Part shown: one piece after another, positions 13,066 through 24,847 of the stretch
Layout of the letters: each line of letters begins with the position of its first letter
Position numbering within the stretch: the stretch's first letter is position 1
Translations under genes and position numbers: made by a program
Assembly: GCA_003990765.1 (NCBI GenBank)
Contig: RBNJ01000039.1
Coordinates: forward strand, 1-48,091
Reading direction: 5' to 3'
From: Jimgerdemannia flammicorona
Taxonomy: Eukaryota
DNA length: 48,091 bases
Notes under the pieces: generated by a model
What the model was told of the DNA's origin: nothing
Database searches by the model: none
What the model saw: the letters and a program-made list of their open reading frames with translations, nothing else

Positions 13066-15058
13066 ACCCACTGGTCCCAGGTCTTGATGAGTCTGTTATT
13101 TGTTGTGAGTGTGACAACTATTGTATCCGAGCTCTCCTCAAAGGTAATGATACTATAGTAGTCATGTGATTAGAATAGAACAGCTGTATTGGCCACAAAC
13201 AGGACTCCAAAACCATAGGTGAGATTATATCAGACACTGCCACTATCTTCCCAGGTTGGGCTCTTTCTTTCTGAGATGTAGAACATTACTAGAGTGATAT
13301 TGTTATCTGTATATATGGGCAGAGAAATATTATACCCAACATATTCTGATGTGACACAAGCATACAGTTAGATGAACCCTTGGCCCAGGACCTCATACTG
13401 CTAGACTGTACTGATAGATACCTGCCCTTGGTCCAGCCCTAGGAGCCCTGGCTTGGAAACCTGCCAGACAAATGATATCTGGTTAGTCCTTTTTGTATAT
13501 AGGGGGGCAAAAACCCTCTGGGCCACAGAAACTCCCTGGACTATAGTACCTAAAAAAAGCAGAGCTCCTCACCTCATATAGCATGCTAAATTGTACCAAG
13601 AATGTATATACATATAGTCATGCTGAGTTCACCACTAAGCTGGTCAGCTATATGCTCTACCAATCTGCTCAAAGAACCCCAGATCATAGTCACTATTGCT
13701 GTATAGGCTATATTGTGCTTATGTATAGTTTGCTCTTTGATGATACTTCTAAAGTTCTGATAGGGGTACAGAATCTTGTGTATCTCTGAATTTATATCAA
13801 AAAGAATATGTTAGCAAAGAGTGTGATTATCTGGAGAGAAGTAAAAAAAAAAAAGATGAGTGTGGGGGATTTTGGATCTCCAGAACCCACTCTTTACCAG
13901 TATTGCAGTATACCTAATTTCTGTCCAAACCCCCCCTTTGCTTTTTTCACTCTCTCTTTTCTGTCACTTGATATTTGATACAATTCTTGCAAACCTCATT
14001 GATATGATAGTGAAGCTTGTTGCCATAGAGATTTCTTACCACCATTGTAACCACCTCTCTATATTTATTAATAATAATATAGTTCTCTTCATTGTTGGTT
14101 ACTCCTGCTGGCCAATGGATCTCTTGGTCAAGAATAATTGGCTCTGATTCAAATGTAGACCCCAAGCCTTAATGATGATGTTAGTACTACTCATGCTGAA
14201 TATCTTATCCTTGAATTTCTCTATTTGATCAGATATTGGATATGGTTGAACTCAGATAACTTTGAACTCTCTTTTCTAATAAAACTAAGCCATGATCTGA
14301 GGGGCTGAGATAAGTATGCAGATGGGTTATATATAGACAGATTGCATGTAGATAAGTTACATATGGGTGGGTTGCATATGGATGGGTTATGTATGGGTGT
14401 TGGTGTTTTTTAGGGAGAGACTACATAAAAAAGGAAGTTAAATAAAATATAGAGATGGATATTTTAGAAAAAGAGTATGAGTGAGTGAGTGAGTGAGTTG
14501 TATACCAATGAGTTGTATGCTGATAAGTTGTATGAGTTGTACAAGATTGCTTATAAAGGCTTGCTTCTGTTCTTTTTGAGACCTCTGCTATGAAATGTAT
14601 TGACTCAACAGCTCAGCCACCAAAGATATACTCTGTAACATCCACCAGCCTTTCTTTATCTTGATCAGATGTTGTGAAAAAAGTCAGCAGAACTTACTAT
14701 AGAGTTGTGGACCCTAAGAAAAGCATAAGATAAATTAAGTCATACTGGGGAAATTTAAATAAACACAAGTAAACAAGTGGCGGCAGAGTGAGCAATCTAT
14801 ATCTACTATTGGCTACTCCAAAAAGGCTGCTGCATACATAGCTGTGAGGTCTGTGAATTCTGAGGTCTGAAAGGCTGCCATGAGTTGTTGCCAGAATTCT
14901 CCAACATTCCTGCCATCACCACCACTATTGCTATCACCATCACCATCACCTCTTTGGCTCTCAATAAGCAACTTGTGTGCTGCCCATATGAGAAATAATC
15001 TAACATTATCAGCAGAGAGTATATTTCCACCTTGAATACTCCCTCTTTTGACAATCAT
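13060..15058 (-). pseudogene. Second spliced gene of unknown function inside the hAT element, convergent with the transposase
   Basis: Open segments MIVKRGSIQGGNILSADNVRLFLIWAAHKLLIESQ..., GSTFESEPIILDQEIHWPAG...CKNCIKYQ and MHKILYxYQNFRS...GSLSRLVEH, bounded by minus-strand GT/AG signals; conserved in copy 2 (~28710-30717). 3' end approximate. Confidence 0.55.
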
Positions 15059-16184
15059 TGTAGGGTAAAAAATGAGTAGACTGGACCAATATATGATTAA
15101 GGGCTGCTGTTTTGTTTGCTCATAATGTGGCAGAAAAGAAAAAAGAATAAAGAAAAAGAACAAAGAAAAAATAAAAGAAGAGAGAGAACAAAAGAAAGGG
15201 TGATGTCACCAAAGTATAGCAGAAAAAAAAAACAAGAGTAAAAATGAACAAAAGAAAGAGTGATGTTACCAAAGATTTCAATCTAGATGGATCAATCTGA
15301 ATAGATCAATCTAAATGGATTAATCCAGATAGATCAATCTAGATCAATCTGGATCAATCCAGATCAGATCACAAGACCAATCTGAGTTGATTCGAATCTA
15401 TCATATGACAAATCTGAATTGAATCTCATCTGGATCAACTCTATCCATTTGGAGCACTAAGTATTTAAATACTTGACTACTGACTTTATTTTAAAAGAAA
15501 TAAGAGAAGTATTTATACAAAATATAATTCAATAGTTACTAAGTTATAAAACTAAATATAAATTCCAATAACCAAATAAATAAAGTACTTGAATATAGAA
15601 AACTTCAGGTTGTAAGTCCAAATTTGAGTATCTGTACAATTGGTTGTATAAGGTCAAAATGCTAGGATAATTTCTGAGTTACATAAGATCAAAATACTAG
15701 AAGAATTCCAACAATTATATAAAGAACTTAGAGCAGAATATTCAGAATCCTAGAGACTTCATCTTCATCACTATTATCAAGGCTAGAGGTCAGAGACAGG
15801 ATGTCTTCAAAGGAAATGAGATTAGTGAATATTTTGTCTATTTACATATTTTGTAAATATCATGTATGTCAATTAGCAGGATGACATTATCACCAATGAT
15901 ATCATTACTGATGATATTATTACATTCAGTAGTGGCAGAGAGAACAAGAAGATCAGAGGCTCTCCAATCTATGAGGTTCTCCTCTACAAAGTAGGAGACA
16001 AAGGTGAGATCTTGAGGAGATCTAACTTGAATACTAGGGCCTTAGAATACTGAGATTAATTCTTGCAGGAATTGATCTGGATTGTTCTAGAGGATGAGAT
16101 TTTAGAACTCTTCTATCTTATCACTTTTGAGAGTGATAGTGAATTAAACTTCTGTGGCCACTATGGCCTCTAGTACATCTGTAC

Positions 16185-16924
16185 TGTAATAGAGTAAATG
16201 GTCAAGATACAATATATAATGAGCAATCATGTGACCTGGTGATGATGTCACAATTGAGCATAATATACAACAAATATAATAAATATAATAAATAATATAA
16301 ATAATATAAATAATGCAAATAAAATAATATTTAGTTTATCTCCAGCAATTAGTACTATAGCAATCAGTACTATAGCAATCAGTACTATAGCAATACTGAT
16401 TATTACTTAGCAATAGAGGTCACAATCATAAACCTCATCATAGTTATCAAATTAATTACTTATACTTAGTCAGAAATTACAAACTAACTTATGTAAATAC
16501 CCCTCAGTTTCTATCTGAAATAAAGTAGTTTTAGTTCAGTTCTTGATATAAGAATCAAGTTTCTCTCTACATATACATTCTCCTGAGTTTTAGTAATGAC
16601 ACCTAAGTGACTCTAGTATTTCTGACTAAACTCCAGAAGTCTAACTAACTTCTGCCAGAACTGAGACTAGTATATAAATCTCAAAGACTTAAGTAAACCT
16701 ATTGAACCTGAATTCCAATATGAATTCAGTCTGTGCATAGCAAAGAACAAGTTCCTTATAACTAAGATTGATAAGAAGAGTACTGCTGCTATAACTACTT
16801 TCAAGTAAGTACTTTCTTAAACTGAAGACTTCTTACTACACTTTGTATACTAAGTCTTTAAGTAATATCTTATTTCCCTAAATATCTAAAGGATAAGAGA
16901 GAGATAGAATTAAGGGTTATTATA
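16185..16924 (+). mobile_element. 5' LTR, family A, heavily mutated, followed by PBS
   Basis: TGTAATAG...TTATTATA termini; PBS at 16928-16939; downstream sequence matches the reverse complement of 1-74. Confidence 0.9.
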
Positions 16925-16939
16925 ACTTGGTAGTAGTAG

Positions 16940-18280
16940 TTTACTGAGCCAAGACAGCATTAAGAACATATTCCTGAGAAGTTGGAATAAGACTAATCTT
17001 AGACAGGAGTAACCCCTAGAACCAACTGTAGATTCTCTAGAAACAAACCCCCAAATAAGAGCCAGACAAGCTCTTGCCATTAGGACCAAGTGGTACCAGA
17101 AAACCACAGATATAGAGACCCACAACCTTGTAATTGACCAAGCTTACAAGGATCTATACCAGACCTTTAGGACTTTCCACCCATATAGTCAGCTGCTGAA
17201 GGTTCTATATACTTCTCTGCAGCCATATTAGAACCACTAGGACTCCAGAATCTACTGCTATAGCTATCTAGGAATTTCTAAATTATATCTCACCACCTAT
17301 AGTAAGAGAAGTAGCTGCAGAGTAGATTGCATCTGACAGATATCATCATACTTTCATCAGGACCTCCCTCTACTATAAACTAGTTGTATACTATGTCTCT
17401 GCCATAACAAGATATGAGAATGAGCAAGCAGGCCACCCATCTCCTACTGCTGATCAAGAAGCAGGTCTATCTACCTAGCCAGAATCTGATATCCTCTTTG
17501 AAGGGCCTAGTCAGTATAAGGATACACTATCTTATCAGAGAAGAGAGTTAGATGAAGACTCTATAGAATACCAGTCTGATGATAGCCAATAAGGAAAAGC
17601 AGGTCTAGAAATTTACCAAGAACTCACAGGTCAAGAAGACCAGACCCCAGAACCAATCCAGCCACCTACACAGAGGTTTGGCCTACCATCTCTTACAGAA
17701 CTCTTTGATCTAATATCTAGGAATCAAGTAACCTCAACTACAACCACACCAGACAGAACAATCTTCAGGAGAATCTACCCCTATATGTCTATTACTAATA
17801 GGTAGATGTTAATATTATAGTACTAACTATCTAGCTAGCTATACTGGCAGAGATAGTAGAATGAATTGCTAAATAGAACAAACTAACCAAGATCTTATAA
17901 ATTCCCACATTCAGTAGAAAAAACAGTGACATTGAAATCTTCATCAATGCAGTTGATATAGGTTACTGAGTAAATCAATAGAATGATAACTAAGTACAGG
18001 AATGCTCACCAATAACCAAGACAACACTCTTCAATAGTTATTTGTCACATCAGCAGTACAAGTGGAAACAGTAGCTATATTCTTCACTGAAATAGTAGCT
18101 GAATTCTGGTATATCTTGAAAGAACATCCAGTAATCTGGGAAGACTGCCCTCAAGTTGCAGGCCAAACACCTGGCAACACCAGACCAGATTAGAATGATT
18201 ATACAGTAGACCCAGAACTCAAGGCCCTACTATTGATCAAATTCCAAAATACAGCCTATATATAAGAAACTTAGAACAAA
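16940..18280 (+). pseudogene. Degenerate gag region of the LTR-A retrotransposon (truncated)
   Basis: Directly follows the PBS. An IPTFS(G)KNSDIEIFINAVDIGY...N(Q/W)-like retrotransposon gag motif lies at ~17900-18000; many stops. Confidence 0.6.
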
Positions 18281-19175
18281 CTGGGGTGGTTATCAGAGCT
18301 GGAGTAGGTGCTGTATCAGTGGGGCCTTCTGATTAGTGTGGAGCAATTAGATAGTAGATATCACTTATGGCTTCTTTTGGCAATTTATGAGATTGGGCCC
18401 TAGTTGTTAGGAGGGATCAAGGGGCCCAAGACTACTTATTTCAGGTATCTTAGCTATACTCAACTGAAACTGAGAGCTGATATAGCAATGTAATCAAGGC
18501 CTATAGGCTTGAGTAATGGGATATTGGGGGTCTTCTCCCACCTTATACATATATAAGTTCTTTACTCATCTCATCTAAGAAAACTAGATCCTATCTACTA
18601 TGATGTACTTTGAGGGGGGGTTTTTTTTTACCTGTCATTCTCCTTAGAGTAGTAGGGGCTATTCTATTTAGCTCAGGTATGACTTTATACATATATTGGG
18701 CTTTTAGGTATATGTTTTCAGTTATTGTTATACATATAGTTGATTTTCTCTAGTAGTAGGGAGAGAGCATGATATACAGAATGAGGTGCAGGCCACATTA
18801 GACCCTGCTATATCTAGCATGGTCAAGCTGCTAGATAATAGCTAGTTTAGATTTATTGGGGGTATAGTGCTTAAGGGGGGAGTGGGAGAGAGTTTTGGCC
18901 TATATAGTCTTAGGTTCCTTTTAATAAAAATCTGTGAAATATAGTTCATTAAAAAAAAAAACAAAAAAAAAAAACAAGAAGTCTACTAAAATAAAGCTAC
19001 TAGTTAGGTTTGAATCCCTCCCAGTTGATTAGTCTGATAATAAGTCCTCTGCCCTATATGAGGGTGGCCAATTCCCACTAATATACTAGTTTGAGAAATT
19101 TTAGTTAAGTATATCTAGTCTTATACATATTATCTAAGAACTTAATAAGGATATTGGTTCTTAAAGAGAGAGAGA

Positions 19176-19992
19176 TGTAATAATTTCACAGTCATATTTA
19201 GTCTTAATATATTTTTGTGTCTTTTAGTTAGTCTTTTCTTATCATTTCTTGAATATTCTACTATTATCTACCACCTTTTACTTGCTTGGAAATCTTCTCT
19301 TGACACCCAGATACTACTAGAATATTCTTGTCTTTCCTTAGTACCAAGTATCTTATCTTAGCTAATTATAGAATCTTTTGGAATATTGTAGAATTATATT
19401 AGTCAGCTTTGCTGAAAATCTATTTCTTGGCATTTCTCTTTCTTTTCAAGATTCTTCCAGATCTTTCTTTTAGATTATATATAAATATCCTTATTCTTTG
19501 TCTAAATAAAGCTCAGAATATTTTCTCTCAGAAATTCTTTGAGAATACTTGAACCTTTAAGTATCTTTTCAAGCTATTTTAAGCTAACTAGAACTAGTGC
19601 TTCCAATGAATCGAATTGAATCAAATTTGGCCCAAACTTGATTTGATTCGATTGAATCAAGGGTCCAATTCGATTTGATTTGAATTGAATCAAAGGTTCA
19701 ATTCAATTCGAAGTTCAATTCGAACCCTAATTTTCAAAATGTAATAACTCGATGAAAACTCATCCGAATTTAATGTATTTTAGCTTGTTAGATTCACCGT
19801 ATTAATGTGATTCTAGCAAGCTAAAGTACGTTAGATTTGGATGAGTTTACGCTGAGTTATTGCATTTTGAAAATTAGGGTTCGAATCAGACCCTCAATTC
19901 GATTCGATTCGAATTGATTCGACTCATTTGGGAGCACTAACTAGAACTTTTCAATTTAGTCACTTCCTCTTAAAGAAACTAAAACTATTACA
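19176..19992 (+). mobile_element. 3' LTR, family C, preceded by a polypurine tract and interrupted by a MITE
   Basis: PPT AAAGAGAGAGAGA immediately before TGTAAT; ends TATTACA; homologous to ~45220-45640 and to the terminal fragment at 33378-33412. Confidence 0.8.
19595..19939. mobile_element. hAT-family MITE (345 bp), largely palindromic
   Basis: TIRs TAGTGCTTCCAATGA / TCATTTGGGAGCACTA resemble the large hAT ends; perfect 8-bp TSD ACTAGAAC; internal long inverted repeat at ~19720-19884. Confidence 0.93.
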
Positions 19993-19999
19993 GAAATAG

Positions 20000-22300
20000 T
20001 ATCTTGTATCTATATATTATCTTTAGACCTATAATCTATCAAGTTGATTTATGGGTAGAGTTTGGAGTTATTTTTGTTTTCAAATTCTTCTTCTTCTAGT
20101 AGATTCTTCACTACTAGTATATTATTTCTAGATAGTAATCTTCTTCTTCTTTTTATATTACTCATAACTAGTTATCTTAATTCAGTATTTCTTCTCTTTA
20201 TAGTCAAATTTGAGTATCTGTTGATTAATATCTATAACTATATTTATCACTTTCATCTAGTTAGTACTAAGGATTATATTATAAGTAATAGCTTCAGTAA
20301 CAATAGTCTTTGGAATAGAGAACTGAATATGTGACAGTGATGTTTTATACTTCTCCTAGGGGTTGAGTTCAGGCTCTATCTGCTACTATGATACTGAGAT
20401 TAGATGGTCTGTCAATAGGCTACTAAAAAGTATCTAGGAATCTTTTAATAATAATACAGATTACTGCTCTTATATCAATGAGGATTTTCGCCTTCTGTCC
20501 TCTAATATCTCTATATAAATATATACTGATATATCTTTTGGCAGCCTGAATGATAGTTGGTACAAATTCTTATTGTGGAATTAAAACTCAGCTAGTGCTG
20601 GATCTAGTAATTCTCAATAATTTATTTTAACTCCAGTAGGTATCAATTATAAGAATTGCAGGAGAGAGACTTCTATTTTAGCTTTTTGAATCTTTTTCTA
20701 GGCTTTATTATAGATATCTTAAGATATAGTCTTTGGAGTATACTTCTTCTTGGTTTTCAAGATTGTTGACTCCTGCTTTTTTTCATCTTTAGATAAAAGA
20801 TTTCCTTTATAAGTTGTAGTTTTAGAGACAAAGATAAAGAAGACTAAAGAGATATTTCAATCTACTCTTCTTTATCTTCTCTATCTTCTTTTTAAATAGT
20901 TCTTCTACCTACTCTTCTAGATGATCTTCCTACTAGTATTTTCTTTTTCTCAGCAGAGTAGACTGTTTTCTTGAAGATGATCTTAGTCAAGTATAGATCG
21001 AGATCACTGTAGTCTTTATTATTACTTTTCTCAAAGTCTTCTACAGAGTGGGCTTCAGTCTTCTTATACTGAGTTATATTCTTTTAGTTTGATAGTTCTG
21101 GGTCTCTTCAGTTACTTCTTTTGTTGTTATATTCTATAACATAGTATCTAAACTATCTACAGTAGTAGTATTGGACCTGAGTCCTATCTTGAGATAGATA
21201 GTTTCTTTCTTCTTATAGTGAGTAACTTCTGTTCTCTCTAGGTAGGTAGTCTTGGTTTCTTTATAATAGATACTCTTTGTTATCTTGTAAGTAGCTCTAA
21301 TTTTCACATATAGTAAGGTTTTCAATTTGCTCAACTAGTTAGTCTAGTTTGGAGCTAAGATCTTAGATTTTATTCTTATCCTTCTTCTATTCTTTTATAG
21401 ATTTCTTTTCTCTTAGATTTTCTTGAAGGATTTCTTAGAGGGTCTTAACTAAGAGGTCTTCTTTGTCTTCTTTCTTATTATCATTCCAAGCAGTTCCTTA
21501 CTTAATATCAAAGTAAACTTGGACTATATCTATTTATTCATCAGATTTCTTAATATTAAGAGTGCAGATATGCTGAGTAATATTAAGAGAGATTCTATAT
21601 ATTTATGAAGATTATTGAACCAATAATATCTTAATTAGTAGTACTAAATTTAGTAGTATATATTTTTTCTGAATTCTTATAAAGAATACTTATAGGAATT
21701 CTTTGAGATTTATCTTCATATTTATGATAGATTTTTGGACTTAGTAGTGAGTCTGTTTCTATATACTTTTTAATATCAGTAAGAGATAGCTTCATACTAT
21801 TCTATATAATAGTGTATATTAACTATAGCTTATCTTAGATTAGAGTTTGAATTATTTGATAATTTAGTGAAGATTCCTTTGGCTGACTTTCTCAGTTATA
21901 CTTTGAAGACTATAATTTGTCCTGGGAGTAAGGTCTTTCAGGGCTGTAATTCCTTTAAGAGTATCTAGGAATTTCCTTAGGTTTTCTTCTGGATATCTTA
22001 CAAATGTGAGTAGTGATACTATTATTTTGATATTACTGTCTTCTGATTCTTTCTCAGTTTCTAAATCTATTTCAGTTATTATTTTTATAAATATACTGAG
22101 TTTGGTTAAGCTGCTAGAAGTTGAGGAGAGGATACTTAGTCTTTAAAACACTGATATGCCTCTTGATATTCTTGAGAGTATTAAGCTTAGAGAGTTTGCT
22201 GACCCTGATAATAGTGAGATAAGTAGAACTTCTAAAGAAAATCAGAATTGAGTAATGTGGTCTTCAAGTTTTTATATAAGTTTGTTAAAGTTTTAGATGA
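20000..22300 (-). pseudogene. Degenerate gag-protease region of an LTR retrotransposon
   Basis: Minus strand at 20488-20461 reads KILIDIRAV (mutated LIDTGA aspartic protease site), preceded by DIRGQKA; upstream K/E/R-rich gag-like sequence. Boundaries approximate. Confidence 0.6.
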
Positions 22301-23059
22301 TATTATCTATATTATTTAATTGGTCTAGCTAGATCAGATCTCTTGGTAATATATAAGTCTACTGGTAGTATATTTATAAACTATAGTCTTAGTAACTGAG
22401 CTAATAATAGTGAGAGTTTTGTACTATACTGATCTCTGGTTGAGATTCTTATGATGGTTGATAGTTAGCAAGTCTTGAGATAATTACTTCTCTTTCTATC
22501 CAAATGCTGCTGATGATTTGTTCTTCTATAGTGATAGAAATTAGTACAGTATCAAATATATCTGAGTTATGAGCTAAAAAGTCATATAGATTTTGAAAAT
22601 CTTTCTAGTTGAGCCTCTAAATATAATATACTAGCTCAATAGAAGTAAATTACAAGATTGAAGCAGCTATGTAGATTGGCTTGAGCTTCTAGTTACTTTG
22701 TTAAAAAATTACAAAATATTTAGAGTTTTCTCGAAAATTGATATAAGTTCTATTTATATAATATAGATAATTTGATAATTTTCTAATTAGGTGTAAATTT
22801 AGTATTATATAGTAGATTTAGCAGATTTCTCAAAATAATAGTAATTCTTCAGACTTTATCTGATAAGTAGATCAAAATATATTAGATTTCTTGAGTTCTT
22901 TTAGCTTAGTCTAAAAGTATATATTGTAATAGTTGATCTGAATTAGTAATATAAATTAGGAGAATAGATATTTGATTACAGATATAATATAGTCTTATAA
23001 ATAGCAGTTATATTTTACAAATATAAAAACTTTAACAAATGTAAAGATTTAACAAATGT

Positions 23060-24847
23060 TAGAATTAAGACCATAGTTAAGTGAATCCTAACAGCTGGAC
23101 CAATTCTGTCTCAAAAACAATTTAATAATAAAGAAAAATCTTAGACTAAGAAAGAAAAATCTAAATATGAAGCATTCTGAGCTCTCTCTATATCTATCTC
23201 TTAGATACTTCAAAATTCTGAAATTACCCAGCTAAGTACCTTTAAGAAACTCACTGAAGGTAGAATAAATGAACTTTAAAAAAGTAAAGTATACTTCTAT
23301 TGCCAAAAGACAAGATATATGACCAGTACCTACTCTAACTAAAAACTCCAAACAACAATATAAGTAACTATTACCACTCTGTACCATCTTAACAATCTGA
23401 CTATCAGGATACTAGACTTTGTCAAGTTAAGGACAACAGCTATAGCCCCATTAAAAGAAGCCAAAAGTAGCTGAATATGACCTATATACAGCTAAAGAAG
23501 TTATAGTTTCTAACTGAGAAGTCAAGCAAGTCTATATAGGAATTAGTATTCAAATTCCTGAAGAATATATCAAAAGAATATACTGTTATAGCAGTCTGTA
23601 TTAAAAGAACTCTCAGTAGAAAGAAGAGTCATTGATGAAGATTATATAAGTGAAATTATTATTCTCATTTGAAACTATAGTTGGATATCATTCAAGATTC
23701 CTATTGGTTATTGTATTGCTCAGATCTTATTTGAGAAAATTGAATCAACTCTGATAGTTAAGGAAGTCTCTGAACTACTATCTATCATTTGAGGCTCAAA
23801 AGAATTTGGTTCATTAAACAAAGTTCCAGCCTAACTCATTATAAATAAGAAGAAATAGTTCTATAAGAAAATTGAAGATAGATTTGTACTAAGTAGTTGA
23901 TGCCCTAATAGTATTAGAATATACTCTTCCTGAATAATTGATGATTACTTCTTTTATATTAATAAGTTGACCCAATGAAGAGCTAATAGAAGAAAACCTC
24001 CTATAACTGAAATTACCACTATTGGATCAGACAAACTGCTTATCCTCTAAGCTTTCATTAATCAGGCTCCTGTCAAAATTATGATAGACAGTAGTACCTC
24101 AGACAATTTTATCAATGAAGAAATAGCTAATAGATTTAAAGTTTTGACCTCTTCAGTATAATAAACTCAAGCAGTTACTATTACAAATAGAACCTTATAT
24201 ATCATTAGTAAGGAGGTCTGTAATCTACTCTTTAGAATTAGTAACTACTATATATATATTACTCTCTAAATTATATCACTTCCTAATAATAAGATTATCC
24301 TTGAGACCCTATAGTTAAAATAAGAGAACTCTATGATTGATTGGATAAATCATTCTCTGACTATCAAGAAAGAATGCTATAATTTTAAACTATAAAGTAA
24401 AAGAGATCCTCTCAGTTCTAGTAACTCAGGCCCAAAGATCACCTATATATATCAATAAACTATAGCTTAAGAAATTAGCAAAGAAATGCTCTCTCTTTGC
24501 TATCTCTATATAGCTATCTAAAGGAGAACCTGAGAACCTTGAAGAAGACTTTTTAAAAGTTAATAGTTATATCAGACCTTTACTCTAGAAATTCCAAGAC
24601 ATATTTCCAAAGACTTTCAAAAGATCTATTACTCAAATAAGCAGTTGACCATATAATCAAGACTATCTCAGATACCAAGTCAGTCTTTAAGTCAATCTAC
24701 TATATATTCCCTAGAGAAATTGATACACTCAAGAAAGAGATTGATAAACTTCTAGAATAAGAATTCATTAAACCTAGTAAATCACCATATAGTATACCAG
24801 TTTTCTTTATTATCAAAAAAGGAGGAGACCTATGAATATATATTAAC
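23060..24847 (+). pseudogene. Ty3/gypsy relic: gag zinc knuckle - dUTPase - aspartic protease - start of RT, cut by hAT copy 2
   Basis: Mutated CX2CX4HX4C knuckle (~23290-23335); dUTPase motifs at 23410-23820 (xYDL, VIDEDY, IAQILF, *GSKEFGS for RGxxGFGS); protease MIDSSTSDNFI (~24080); RT FIKPSKSPY..PVFFI.KKGGDL up to 24847. Confidence 0.88.

Larger units (their letters stand above)
7552..15459 (+). mobile_element. hAT DNA transposon copy 1 (7.9 kb including a nested solo LTR)
   Basis: TIRs TAGTACTCCAAATG / CATTTGGAGCACTA; perfect 8-bp TSD AGTATTTA (7544-7551, 15460-15467); ~10-bp subterminal repeat arrays at both ends (7560-7835, 15280-15440); collinear with 24848-31067. Confidence 0.95.
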
